A stretch of 64,000 bases of DNA from an uncultured Planctomycetia bacterium (GTDB taxonomy: Bacteria; Omnitrophota; Gorgyraeia; 2-01-FULL-45-10), in the NCBI GenBank assembly GCA_964352425.1, contig CAYGRZ010000004.1, positions 2,647 through 66,646 of the forward strand, read 5' to 3'. Made by a program: the position numbers and the translations under genes. The stretch's first letter is position 1; each line of letters starts with the position of its first letter. Of this stretch, positions 27,147-38,300 are shown in pieces. Under the pieces are notes generated by a model. That model made no database searches, had not been told where the DNA came from, and saw only the letters and a program-made list of their open reading frames with translations.

Positions 27147-30100
27147 TTACATGGACCGCAGCGCGGCGAGCTCGGCCTCGTATTTCGCGTGGGCGTCGTT
27201 CAGATTGGCCGGCGTGATGGAAGCAAGCCCCTCGAGCAGCATCTTTACCAGGTCGTCCTTCGTGAACATCTCACCGTTGCTATTCCGCCCTGCCCGGTTC
27301 AGCGCCATAAGGATCTTATCCGGATCCCGGTTGAACCCGATATTGAGCAATATGTTATAGAGGGCGGTCGGCGACATCGGCTTCTCGACCTTTATGATTG
27401 CACTCATGGGCCCGTCGAGCACATTCTTCCTCTTTTCGTCGCTCTTCGCCTTCATCGCATCGTTCACTCTCTTGATGATGGGCTTAAGCCTCGTCTCGAT
27501 TGCCGAGAACGTGTCATTCCCTGTCGCGGCGACGATCGCGAGCTTCTTGCCCGACTTCTCCGCGTCTTTGATAATTTCATTGATCTGGTCTTCGGTATCC
27601 TGGTCGAGAAGATTCGTGCCCTTTCCCCTGAACTCCGTGACCGAGCCGCCGAGGTATTTATTGATGACGACACCGACCTTCTGGACGACCTGCTGGGCAG
27701 CGGGATCGATCGCCGTATCATAGAGGAGTATGATTTTGGTATTGTCGGCGATCGACTTATCGAACCACATCGGCCCGATCGTATTACGGAGAGCGGCCGC
27801 GTCGTCGTCCGCTTCCTTCCGGAGCGCGGCCAGGCGGCCCGCTTCCGCAGGCGTCCGGGCAGGCGGTTCCGTCGAAGCGCCTATACCGATACCCGACAGT
27901 TCCCCGGGAGCCGGAAGCGCCGGTACCGAGGGCTGCGGAGTCTGGCCTGCTTCCTCATCATACGCGGGTTCTGCCGTTTCAGGCTTTACCTCTTCGGGCG
28001 TTTGGGCCTCGAGTCCCTTAAGCCTCGCTATCTCCTTATCGAGCGGGGCGACATTGACCGCGCCCTCCTGGCGCAGGCGTTCGGTGACCTCTTCAGTGAT
28101 GCTGACGAGATCCGCCGGCGTCCTGCCCTCGAATATCGTGGTGAGCTTTTCGCTCGTATTGGACCAGCGCACGAGCGCGGTCCTGCCGTCCTTGAGCTGT
28201 ATCTTGAAGCCTGAAACGGTCACAAATCCATCGTCTTTGGGCTGTATCGTATAATCGTTCTCTTTTTTCGCGTCGCTATAGGCCTTAAGGTCGTTCTTGA
28301 ACCGCTCCTTCATCCACGCGCCGATCTTTTTCGCCGTGGCTATTTTGATAGCATTCGGTATATCGGCCGTCACCTCGCGGCTTGAATACGCGGGCGGGAA
28401 CTTATCGAAAAGCTCCGCAAGCTCGTAGCGCTCCTTGCCGGGCTGAAGCTTGAGCGCAGGCGCCTCATAACGGCTTATCGTCTCGCGTATGTTCATGAGC
28501 GTCACGAAGCCGGAAATGGCGCAGTCGCATACCCTCGACGGATAAGCCTTTGATATGTGGAAGAAGTTGTGGCCCGACGCCTCCGCCGTGAAGTACGTGC
28601 GTTTCAGATTGTCAAAATTCTTCATGAACGCCGCATCGTTCCTGAGTTCCGGCTTACCTGCCACGAACTTTTCGAGCTCGGCGATCCGGTTCTGCATAAA
28701 ACCGAGCTGCGGCGGATAACCCGTCGTGATGAAGTACCCTTCGATGATATTCCTGTCCGTTATGCCTGCCCCGGCCTGCAGCTGGGCGTTGATAGTGTTG
28801 ATGAGGTTTAAGAGCTTCGAGTTTGCCCTGACATCGCAGACGATCCTGATGGGCTCGGCACCCGTCTGCACAAGCCGCATCATGACCTCCTGATTAGACG
28901 GGTTTATAAGGAAGCGCTGGTAATACGGCAGCGTCATCTCGAAGGCCGGGATAGCGCGGCCGGTCTCGTCGATGGCCGATATCCTGTCCGCGTCGCCGTC
29001 GAACACCGCGCCGAAGGCGCGCGGGGTGATCGGGCTGACAGGGTTCGCGTTAATGAGCTTCACCAGCCTCTGCGTCGGCTCAAGGGCTTCCGGAAGCGAC
29101 GGGTCCCATATGCCGCGCCCCATATTGCCGTCGGGAGCCATGTTCAGCATGACGGCTATCCTGCGCGCTCCGCCGTCCCACTCTTTCTTTATTGCCGCAA
29201 TAAGATCGGGCTCTTTCGTCTTGTCCATGTCGATGATCTTGAAACCTCTCTTTTCCAATAGCGCCGTGATGATAGGCCCCGCGGCGCCGGCCCTCGGATC
29301 GATGACCACTATCTCGTCCTTGAGGGTGGCGGGAAGCGTCTCGTTCAGCATATTCACGACGTACTGTTCTATACCGCCCGTCTGGGTTACAGAACCGGCC
29401 GGCACATCGGTACGGACGACCGACCTCTGCTTATACAGGTCTGCGAGCTTCTCCGCATAAAGGGGCTCGAGGACCTTGTTGCCGAGATCGACCTTTATCT
29501 TGAAACCGTTCTTCTCCTTAGGGCCGTGGCTGCCCGAAACCTGGACCATGAACTTGTAGCCGCCGCTGTTCTCGGTCGCCATAAGGTTGTGCGCGCCTGT
29601 CGTGAGGAGGTCCGGTGCATATTCGACATTAACGCCCACCGATGAGATGCCGAGCGCCATGCAATACCTTGATATAGGCGTGTGAAGACGTATGTCGCCG
29701 GTAAGGAGCGCCTTGTCGCCCGGTTTCGCATGATAGGTGCCGAGGAGCTTTCCGACAAGGTACATGTTGGCCGGAGTAAGGTTGGCCTCGATGGTCTTGC
29801 CCATTACTTTGATAGGCTGGGCATTACCCCTGACGTCATACCCATTGCCGAAGCCGAATATGTCCTCCGGCAGCTTCGCGGTGGTTTCACTCAGGTTAGA
29901 TTCGAAATATTTGATGAGGTCCTGTTTCGGCATCGCGACTATCGTCTTGTATGCCTGCGGCAACCCGTCTATAGCGAGCTTGAAATTCGCCTCTAATTCT
30001 GACATTCCGTCTCTCATCAGGAGTGCCTTTCTTACATCATACGTGGACCATTTCGCCTCGATCTGCGCTTCGGATAATTTTCGATTTTCAATATGCGCCT

Positions 30101-33100
30101 TCTCATGCCTGAGCGCTTGAACTATTTTACCCACGCCATCGGGTAAAGACAAGAGATATAATAGGTCCTCCTCGTCCAGATAGGCGACGCGCCTGCCGAT
30201 GCCGGGATGGAATACCATGTCCGTCGCAACCTCACGTTTTTCAAGTTCTTTCGTAAGCCCTTTCACGATAACAACGCCGATGTTGATCGCCGGCAGTTCG
30301 GCCATGAGTTTGCTCAAGTTCCTTTCCTGAATCTCGCTGAGCTGCTGCGTAGGCGCGGAGAAGGGGATATCTATCTCACCCGGCCCGGAAAGGTCGGGCT
30401 GTTTCGCCAGGTAAAGGGTATAGACACTGTCTCTTGCGCGGAACCGCGCGCCGAGGGCCGCGTTCGCGCTTCTTTCATCTTCGTTTATTGTGCCGGCCGT
30501 AAGGCCCCGCGTGCCATGCTCGGCTTCCGTCAGGGCGCCGCCGGCCCCGCGTATCGCGCCGACGGCGCCGGAGGCGATAAGTTCGCTCTGCGGCGCCCAA
30601 CTGCCGAAATACTTTTCCAGCATCGAATAGTCGCCCCGGCTCGCAGCATCTAAATCCATAAGATTCTTTCTCCTGCGCTCATCGGTACGCTTATAGTTTA
30701 TCCTCTTTTGGGCCTGCGAGAACGTGAATCCGCCCAGGCCGGGGTTGGGAAGGCTGAAGAATCCCCCCGGCACATTCTTGACCTTGCTCCACACCAATTC
30801 GGGATCGAGCAAGATATCTGAATGTTCATCGCGGAGGGCATTATACACCACTTCCGCTATGTTATCTTTCGCCGTATCGCTGAGCGCGGACAGATGGAGC
30901 GGGAGCGCTTTGACACCGTCTTTCCTGACTTCATTGGGTATCCCCGCACCATTCGCCAAATACCATCCGAGCGTATCATTGATATTGGGATAGACATCCA
31001 ACAATACTGCCCACCTGCCCATATCGCTCAGATAGTCATTGATCATCGCCTTTATCCCTTTGTCAAATTTAAAAGGCAGGAAGATGGAGCTTCTTGAGAT
31101 CATGACATTGTACCCTCCGCCCGGGGTACCGATGCGGACCGTATTGACATTTTCATCACTGCGCACATTGATGCTCGTCGTGCTCACTTCAGGGAAGAAG
31201 TTGGATATCCTTATATACCCCCGCTTATAGGCGCCCCTGCTGAATGTCACCCTGTCCCAGCGGAAAGCGGCATCCAACACATGCGTCCTGGGCGGCACTC
31301 TCCATACCTTTCCCTTCGGGACGTAGATGGCAACGTTGGACATCACGATCCGGTCAGAGTCTTCCGGTATCTCTATGCTTCCGCCCCCTATTACGCGAAC
31401 GTTGTCTATAAGGTATACCGCATTCCTATTCTTCACTATCAGGTTCTTGCCGACCTCGAGGTTCGTATTGATGAGGTTCTGGTTGGATTCTTTCGGGATC
31501 TGCATACTCATCCGGCCTTCCGGATTAAAAGCGATATACTCGAATAATTGATGGACGGGCGTCAGGTGGCCCGTATCCTGCCAGATATGGCCTTCGCCGA
31601 AATCGAAGCAATACAGCCTCGTCCTGTCTTCTTTCTCAATGTCAAACAAGTTGTCAAACACCTTCTTCAGCTCACGCCAGTCATCCAGATCGATCTTCCC
31701 CTTTTCGCCGGCGATCTCAACGGTAGGCACCATCCCTTCCCACGTCTTCATATCACAGAACCTCGACTGGTAGGCCACGGTCATGTAGCTTACAGGAAGG
31801 GCATCCAGGCCGCAGTAATCTAAGTTGTACCTGGCAAGGGTCTTGCTATTTCTCCTAGAAAATTCCTTCGTTACCTTGACCGCGAATTCTTTGTGAAGGA
31901 TCTCGCCGAATGGGTTCTTATAAAGAGAACCCTTGTCTTCATTCAAATGCGCGATCTGGATGATCTTGAGGTCATCCTTGCACTTCTCCCAGAAACCGCT
32001 CATTTCATAGGCCCTGCGATGGCCCTTCGGATATGCGGTGTATATGCCGAGCTCCTGCAGGTTCTCCGCCTTGATGCGTTGCCTGATCTTCGCCAGCCCC
32101 TCGGAGTTAAGTACGTCCGAAAGCTTTTTCCTCAATGCCTCGTTTGCCATAATTGTATTCCACGCTTCTTTGAGATCACTCTTTCCTGAGATCTCCTGAA
32201 CCGCCTGATCCAGCATCTGCAGCTCTGTCGCTGTATCGATGAGCTGAACACGGGAACCTGAAGTGAGGACGGCGAACTTACCCGCTATCGCCGGATCCTG
32301 CAGAAGTTCCGGAAGATTTGACTTGCCGAGCCACGTGTAATTATCCGACGCGGACCATATCAGCACTTGATCCCGCAATTCTTTGGGCATCATCTTGAGC
32401 ATGGTGAGGTCGACTATGAGGTTAAGCATCCTGGCATCGAGCCCCCTGACAAAGGTCCAGAGGCCTGAATGGAGTCTCCCCAGGGTCTCATTCCCTGCGC
32501 GTGTCTTAAGACCGCCGTCCGTGATGACAACAACGATCTCATTGAGCATCTGCTTATAGAATGCCGCCCACTCATCGTCCGTCAATGAGGGAACCTTCTT
32601 CATCAGGAAATCCTCATACCTGGCGATACCCATCTTCTCCAAGGCGGCTTTATTAAGTTCAAAATACATGCGCAACATATTATTTGTGAACGCGGGGAAG
32701 TCGTGCTTGCGTTCTTCACTGTCCTCAACGGCGAGAACCGGCCGTATTCTGCCTTTCGATATTCTCAGAAGTTCGGCATCTGCCCTGGCATAGAGGTCGG
32801 GGGATTCTTCGTTCATCTGCTTAATATTGGTAAGCGAGTAGGCTTCTACCGTCCCCTCGTAGATCTGGTTCAATGTCGCGTAGACTTCCGCTATGAACTG
32901 ACCAATGTTCTCCACCTTGATCTGCGGGCTGTCCTTGACCGCGTCCCAACCAAGCCGTTTCTGGCCTGCCCTATCGGGTTCCGCTAGATCAGGCATACTG
33001 ACGCCACCCGCTGCTATGTCCCATTTGCCGTTGTTCTTATACGCGACAACTGATGGATTTCCTCTATTACGCATCATGAAGCCGTTCACCCTCTCCCACT

Positions 33101-35117
33101 CGGCCCAGTCAACTTGTGCTCCGCCAGAGAAATATTCGTCCGCCGGCTGCACTATCCCGATCTCCGGCGCCTGAGCAGCTAACGCGTACGTTTCGTTGAA
33201 AGCCCGCTTGAACGGGCTCGAGGACATGATAGCGTCGATGCGAGTCTTGCGCACCTCCGGCTCCACGTTGAGCGTGGCAGCCAGATTTTCGCACGCGACC
33301 TTGTACGCGTTAGACATGAAGTCCCTGTCGTGCGGGATATGTTGCTCGCTGGCATACTTGATCTTCTTCTGCAGCCATAGTTTCACCTGCAGGTAGACAG
33401 CTTCCTCTATAAACCTGTCCATCCTCCCTTTGAGGTAGGGCCCATAAACCTGTTCGAAGCCTTCGGGGTCCGCTTGCTCGAACGCGACGCCGTATGTCGC
33501 CGGCAGCGGCGCGAGCATCCCCTGCTTCGTATCCTGCGGGGCGCCGACGAGGATCTCCTCGAACGGCGTGCGCTGGTTGGTCAGTATCTGGATATAGTTG
33601 GTCGGGACGTCCTTGGTGATCGACGGGCAGACGACGATATATGAGACATCCTGTTTTTCCAGGAGCTTCGCGATGCCTTCCGAGTGGAACCCTCCGGTGA
33701 CGAGCACCGCTATTTTCTGGCCGGCCTTCTCCATACCGTTCAACGTATTTTCGACGAGCGCCTTGTCGCGCTTGATCGCGATATAGTAGAACTCTTCCAG
33801 CTTCGAAACGGCATCCGCGACGGTATCGCTCGGCTCATCGAGTTCGTAGGCCAGGCCGTACTGGATGATCTTGTCCTTTATAAAGGAGCCGAATGCCTCA
33901 TGGGTAAACTCCTCCTTGTGGGTCTTGTAATATTCGAAATCGTCATTGAGGAGCTTTATGCTGACGAGGCCCAGCAGGGTATCTATGTGGCGGGAAAGCT
34001 TCTCGAGGGTGCGCTGGTCGTCATTCTGGAAGAGCTTCTCCTTGATGGCCGTCTCCAGTTTTTTGATCTCCTTGAAGAGCTCTTCGTTCTCTATCTTTGA
34101 ATAGACGCTGTTGTAGATGATATAGTTGTAGAGGTTCGGGTAATCCTTCATCAGGTCGATACCGTTCCTGGTGGCGAGGTTCCTTACGTATACGTAGTAT
34201 TCGGCGGACGACACCTTGCCGACCTTGAACGCGATAGACTGGTTGACGAGTTCCGTGAGGACATCCTTGGTTATACGTTTCGACAGGTCATCGATGAGGG
34301 CGCTGCGCTCCTTGTCGGTCACGTCAAAATCGATCTTCTTCTCGTAGACAAGGACATTGATGAGCTTGAAGAGGTTATCGTACTCGCGCAGGTTTATCCT
34401 GTACTTCTCGGCCTCTGCCTGCAGAAAGCGGATATAGTCGTTGAACGGCAGCTTCTTGGATTCATATTCCGCGGCTTTCGCGTCCATCGCCCTGAGGTCT
34501 TCATTATAGATATAGCCTTTGAGCGTATTGAGGAGCGACTTGATCTGGTTAAAATATTTTTCGGTCTGTTCTTTGAGAGGATAGCTGGAGGTGAACGCGT
34601 TCAGGTTCTCGATGTAATATTCGCGCGTTTCGGCGCCGAAAAGCTTGATTGGAAGGTCAGTGGTGATCGAAAGGAATTCGGGGCCGGTGATCTCGCCCTT
34701 CTTCATGAAGTAGCTGGCGACCTCCTTGCGGACCTCGGCATCGGGGAATGACTTGAACCACGACGTGTCGATGAGCCCGTCCGCACCCTCAACCGATACA
34801 AAGCTCAAATTGTCGTTCTTTATCAGCGTTTCGATGATCTTCGCGATATTTGACTGTGCCTCGAAATTGCAATGGGCGTCCTGGATATGGACTATGAGCA
34901 TGCCGCTCTTTCCGGTGAACTTGGACTTGACGAGGCCGCAATCCCTCGGAATGATGATCTTTTCCGGATCGGTAACACCCTCTTTGGAGGCAGCCGTCTC
35001 GCTCTCAGTCCCTGCCGGGACCGCGAACGCTATGCTCGAAAGGACAAATGACTGCACGATCACGACGCTGATAATCTTCAATAATACTTTACGCGTGCGC
35101 ATTGATTCGATCACCAT
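27147..35117 (-). CDS. Giant secreted multidomain protein (2656 aa) with an embedded alpha-D-phosphohexomutase (phosphoglucomutase/phosphomannomutase) domain and two HExxH-type motifs. The rest is of unknown function.
   Basis: Uninterrupted 7971-nt ORF with an AGGGG SD 5 nt upstream and N-terminal signal peptide MRTRKVLLKIISVVIVQSFVLSSIAFA. The PGM hallmarks appear in the correct order: the phosphoserine loop SGSHGPKEKNGFKIKV (cf. TASHNPKEDNGFK), the metal loop FDGDADRISAIDETG, and the sugar loop TAEASGHNFF (cf. GEESGH). Confidence 0.8.
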   Translation of the reverse strand: MVIESMRTRKVLLKIISVVIVQSFVLSSIAFAVPAGTESETAASKEGVTDPEKIIIPRDCGLVKSKFTGKSGMLIVHIQDAHCNFEAQSNIAKIIETLIKNDNLSFVSVEGADGLIDTSWFKSFPDAEVRKEVASYFMKKGEITGPEFLSITTDLPIKLFGAETREYYIENLNAFTSSYPLKEQTEKYFNQIKSLLNTLKGYIYNEDLRAMDAKAAEYESKKLPFNDYIRFLQAEAEKYRINLREYDNLFKLINVLVYEKKIDFDVTDKERSALIDDLSKRITKDVLTELVNQSIAFKVGKVSSAEYYVYVRNLATRNGIDLMKDYPNLYNYIIYNSVYSKIENEELFKEIKKLETAIKEKLFQNDDQRTLEKLSRHIDTLLGLVSIKLLNDDFEYYKTHKEEFTHEAFGSFIKDKIIQYGLAYELDEPSDTVADAVSKLEEFYYIAIKRDKALVENTLNGMEKAGQKIAVLVTGGFHSEGIAKLLEKQDVSYIVVCPSITKDVPTNYIQILTNQRTPFEEILVGAPQDTKQGMLAPLPATYGVAFEQADPEGFEQVYGPYLKGRMDRFIEEAVYLQVKLWLQKKIKYASEQHIPHDRDFMSNAYKVACENLAATLNVEPEVRKTRIDAIMSSSPFKRAFNETYALAAQAPEIGIVQPADEYFSGGAQVDWAEWERVNGFMMRNRGNPSVVAYKNNGKWDIAAGGVSMPDLAEPDRAGQKRLGWDAVKDSPQIKVENIGQFIAEVYATLNQIYEGTVEAYSLTNIKQMNEESPDLYARADAELLRISKGRIRPVLAVEDSEERKHDFPAFTNNMLRMYFELNKAALEKMGIARYEDFLMKKVPSLTDDEWAAFYKQMLNEIVVVITDGGLKTRAGNETLGRLHSGLWTFVRGLDARMLNLIVDLTMLKMMPKELRDQVLIWSASDNYTWLGKSNLPELLQDPAIAGKFAVLTSGSRVQLIDTATELQMLDQAVQEISGKSDLKEAWNTIMANEALRKKLSDVLNSEGLAKIRQRIKAENLQELGIYTAYPKGHRRAYEMSGFWEKCKDDLKIIQIAHLNEDKGSLYKNPFGEILHKEFAVKVTKEFSRRNSKTLARYNLDYCGLDALPVSYMTVAYQSRFCDMKTWEGMVPTVEIAGEKGKIDLDDWRELKKVFDNLFDIEKEDRTRLYCFDFGEGHIWQDTGHLTPVHQLFEYIAFNPEGRMSMQIPKESNQNLINTNLEVGKNLIVKNRNAVYLIDNVRVIGGGSIEIPEDSDRIVMSNVAIYVPKGKVWRVPPRTHVLDAAFRWDRVTFSRGAYKRGYIRISNFFPEVSTTSINVRSDENVNTVRIGTPGGGYNVMISRSSIFLPFKFDKGIKAMINDYLSDMGRWAVLLDVYPNINDTLGWYLANGAGIPNEVRKDGVKALPLHLSALSDTAKDNIAEVVYNALRDEHSDILLDPELVWSKVKNVPGGFFSLPNPGLGGFTFSQAQKRINYKRTDERRRKNLMDLDAASRGDYSMLEKYFGSWAPQSELIASGAVGAIRGAGGALTEAEHGTRGLTAGTINEDERSANAALGARFRARDSVYTLYLAKQPDLSGPGEIDIPFSAPTQQLSEIQERNLSKLMAELPAINIGVVIVKGLTKELEKREVATDMVFHPGIGRRVAYLDEEDLLYLLSLPDGVGKIVQALRHEKAHIENRKLSEAQIEAKWSTYDVRKALLMRDGMSELEANFKLAIDGLPQAYKTIVAMPKQDLIKYFESNLSETTAKLPEDIFGFGNGYDVRGNAQPIKVMGKTIEANLTPANMYLVGKLLGTYHAKPGDKALLTGDIRLHTPISRYCMALGISSVGVNVEYAPDLLTTGAHNLMATENSGGYKFMVQVSGSHGPKEKNGFKIKVDLGNKVLEPLYAEKLADLYKQRSVVRTDVPAGSVTQTGGIEQYVVNMLNETLPATLKDEIVVIDPRAGAAGPIITALLEKRGFKIIDMDKTKEPDLIAAIKKEWDGGARRIAVMLNMAPDGNMGRGIWDPSLPEALEPTQRLVKLINANPVSPITPRAFGAVFDGDADRISAIDETGRAIPAFEMTLPYYQRFLINPSNQEVMMRLVQTGAEPIRIVCDVRANSKLLNLINTINAQLQAGAGITDRNIIEGYFITTGYPPQLGFMQNRIAELEKFVAGKPELRNDAAFMKNFDNLKRTYFTAEASGHNFFHISKAYPSRVCDCAISGFVTLMNIRETISRYEAPALKLQPGKERYELAELFDKFPPAYSSREVTADIPNAIKIATAKKIGAWMKERFKNDLKAYSDAKKENDYTIQPKDDGFVTVSGFKIQLKDGRTALVRWSNTSEKLTTIFEGRTPADLVSITEEVTERLRQEGAVNVAPLDKEIARLKGLEAQTPEEVKPETAEPAYDEEAGQTPQPSVPALPAPGELSGIGIGASTEPPARTPAEAGRLAALRKEADDDAAALRNTIGPMWFDKSIADNTKIILLYDTAIDPAAQQVVQKVGVVINKYLGGSVTEFRGKGTNLLDQDTEDQINEIIKDAEKSGKKLAIVAATGNDTFSAIETRLKPIIKRVNDAMKAKSDEKRKNVLDGPMSAIIKVEKPMSPTALYNILLNIGFNRDPDKILMALNRAGRNSNGEMFTKDDLVKMLLEGLASITPANLNDAHAKYEAELAALRSM
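28098..29780 (-). other. Phosphoglucomutase/phosphomannomutase-like four-domain module (residues ~1780-2340) inside the 2656-aa protein.
   Basis: The Ser loop at residues 1861-1866 is encoded around nt 29520-29537 and the metal loop FDGDADR at nt 28983-29003. Confidence 0.7.
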
Positions 35118-35172
35118 AAACCCCTCTCTTATAATATATACAGTGAATATACCATAGATAGCATATCAGTAC

Positions 35173-35276
35173 AATTTATGTAGCCCACCCCCGCCCTCTA
35201 AAAGGCTGCTTGGCGGGCCCTAAAGAAGGCGGAGGCGGCTTGGGGGGTAATCTCCATTTCCCCTGCTACATAAATT
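35173..35276 (-). promoter_or_regulatory. Structured element in the 239-nt spacer between the two giant genes. A 12-bp long-range inverted repeat (aatttatgtagc at 35173-84 and gctacataaatt at 35265-76) encloses three copies of GCTTGG(C/G)GG and G/C-complementary tracts.
   Basis: Direct reading of 35118..35356. It could be a transcript-processing site, an attenuator, or the promoter/leader of the 2656-aa gene. Confidence 0.4.
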
Positions 35277-35356
35277 CCGCGCTCAGGGGTGCTTGGCGGC
35301 TCCCTGACGCGTCAAAGATCAATATCAAACTGCTGACTCCCGAATGCCGACCAATC

Positions 35357-38300
35357 TTATGCCGAGCTACGGATCAAGGCTATGCCGTCCCAGTATGCCC
35401 TGAGCTCCGTTCCGTAGTTGAGCGGCAGTATCGGCGGCATGAAGTTATATATATCGCCATTCTTGGTGACGCCCGGAGGCAGCTGGCCTTCCGCGACTGC
35501 ACCCGTTACCATCAGGAAGAGCGCCTCGTACGAATTGATCGCCGGCACGACCTTCACGCCGTTCATCTCGATCTCTTCGGCGACGAGCACCTTTTCTCCG
35601 GCGGACGTGGGCTTTCCAAGTTCTGAGGCCTCTGCAGTGATACCGATATTGCCCATACTCTTCTCGTCCAGGCCTGCGGCATCTACTACATCCGCCCTGA
35701 TGTCGGCGTATGACCGGTCCTTCTTATTGATGAGTTTGATATCATTGACATTGCCCGTGTAACCGGATGCCGCGATAAAGGAGCGCGCTGCTTCCTCTGT
35801 CTTATATATATCTCCATAGATGAAGCAATTGACGACCTCTCCTCCGGCCTGTTTGCCTAGCGCTTCGGCCCTGTTCATGCCCTTGCCGAAGCGTATGTTG
35901 GACATGGCCATCTTCTCTGTCGTCGCCATGGCGAATTTCTTAACCGCGCTCCGGGCCATCAAGCTCTTGAGGGAGGAGGCGTCCGGAAGCTCCATAGGCC
36001 TGTATGCCTTCGTCTTCGTAGCGAGCTCGTCCCTCCGCTTCTCGACGATCGACGTTACTGTGTCGTGTAACCGCTGCCGCAGGGCAGGGTCCTTGGCTGC
36101 TGCCATGCTCGCTGCATCCAGGAGATTGTCCCAGTCCATCTTTTCTGTTCCCGGCAGCATGGCCTTGATCGCCTCGGCGATCTCCTGCCTCGTCGCATCA
36201 TCGATACCGGCCATCGCGAATATCACGTCATAGGCGCGGGCCAGCCTGATCGAGGCGATGTCCTGCTTGAATTCCGCGGATGTTATCTGGCTTACGGGCA
36301 TCGTACCGTCAAGGAGTATGCGGGCGGGGCTTCCTTCTGAAGCCATCTTCCTGAGCTCTTCCTCGCCCGTAACACTGACGACCCTGGTCCCGGTGCCGTA
36401 CGCGCGCCCAACCGCCTCCACCGTTTCGGCGGACGCGCCAGCCAGGCCGATGATGAATGCCGCAGCGCTGACTTTCGCCGGCTTCGGGAGCGGGAGGCCT
36501 TCGGCGGGTTCTTTCATCTCAACTGTCTCTTCCAACCGGTGTATGAGATCGCCGACATATCCTTCGCCCGATGGCTCCCGCGCAGATTCCATCATAAGCG
36601 CCGTTTTGACCGCCTGGTCGGTGATGTACCTTTCATTCACCGTCACGGGCGCAGGGCGCATCCTGTCAAGCTGTTTCCATATGACGTATGCCGCGGCGGC
36701 CGCGGCACCGATCGCAAGCACCATCCACGGCGGGAGCGCCAGATAGACGAATATCCCGAGAAGAATGAACGAACCGGCTTCCACGAGCCTCGGCGTGGTC
36801 GTCGTGGTGGTGGACTGGCCCATCCTCGCGGTGAACTCGGCAATAAATTCCGGCTCATTCTCTATCCTCTCGACGACGACCTGCGTCTTATTTCTGACGA
36901 TCTTATTGATCTCATCGTCCGTTTTCGCCTGCCAGTTTTCGAGCAGGTCGCCGCAGGCAGCGGCAGAGCACTGCCCCGCAACCGTCTTCAGCTCGGGTAT
37001 CATGCCGTATATGACGCCCGGTATCATGAATATATTATATTTTTTCTGCAGGTACAGGCTGAACATGAGCGTTTTATGATACCGCGCCGCGTCGCCGCAG
37101 ATCGTGACCGGCAACCCCCGCTGCGCTGCCTCTTTCACAACGCCTTCGATGATCCCGAGTATCTGTTTGTCATAATCATGGGCGGTGATCCCGCTCCTGT
37201 CCTTCTCCTTGACGCTCGCCGTCATGTCGTTCGAGCCGATACTCAGGAACCGTATCGGCACGAGCCCGTTATCGAGGATCAGCATGAGATTCTCGAACGT
37301 CAGGTTGCCGGCCTTGTCCATAACGAGGTCCCGGTGCTCGACCATGATGCCGATGGGCATCTCGTCCAGCAGCCTGACCACCTCCGCTTTCTCTTTGCGG
37401 GCACTTCTGAACATCTTGTGGTGCTGCGCGGCGAGTTCGTCCATGAACTGCTCGGTCTTTATCTCTTTCAGGAGGTCGCTGATGAAGACGATATCATCCA
37501 TCGTCTTCACCATCGGGAACATCATCCTCAGGTTGTGATAGTCGGATAACATCTGGGCCCGCAGGATCGCGGTTATCTGCGTCTTCAGCGCCTCGCGGCC
37601 TGTCTTCGTCCTGTAGTAATCGAAGCTGTACGGCTTGCCATTCACGCCGGCCAGGCGCTCCGTATCGGGCAGGGCGGGGCATGCTTTATCATCCTGCTTG
37701 TCGAACGTCCTTATCGTGACGGTCTTGTTGGCGAGATTCGCCAGGCCCATATACAGCCGCTCCTGATGAGCAGCGTCAGGCGCCTGGCTTCTGCCGTACA
37801 TAAATTCCGTCCTCGCCAGCGCATTGCCGTTCGCCCCGCTGCTATATGCCGTTCTCAGCGCGCCGAGAGCCCCTTCATCCTCGATGCCGAATTCACCCTT
37901 CTCGAGGTTGTAACCGACGTTGATGTTGGCATAGACCGGGGTTTCGACGCCGTCGAGGGTCCTGACCACCTCATCCGGTTCTTTACTCTGTTTGGAGAGG
38001 TAGTAATCTTTGAGCGCCTTCGCCCTTGCTACCTTGACCGCCATCGCGGCGCCCTGATCGCTCGTCGCGGGTCCGGCATAGAAGTAGGCCTCGAAACCGG
38101 CCTCCGACACGTAGAAAGAGCAGGACGCGTTCGTGTGGGCGAGCTTTGCCAGGACGATCTTCGGCGGGCCCAGCAGCAGCGTCGCGCCCCGCGCCGTAGC
38201 GACGAGGGCGGCATGCTGCGAGGTCGAGCCGCCGGACGAGACGAATGCCTTGACTTTGTATTTCTCCGTGAGCGCGCGCAGGATAAGCTCGTCTTCGATG

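Noticed and set aside
38213-38215. Calling the PtsI-like module catalytically competent on the basis of the His in GGSTSQHAAL.
   Set aside because: In my alignment the His sits one position after the canonical GGRTSH His. Without a structural model I cannot say whether it is the phospho-acceptor, so activity is left open.
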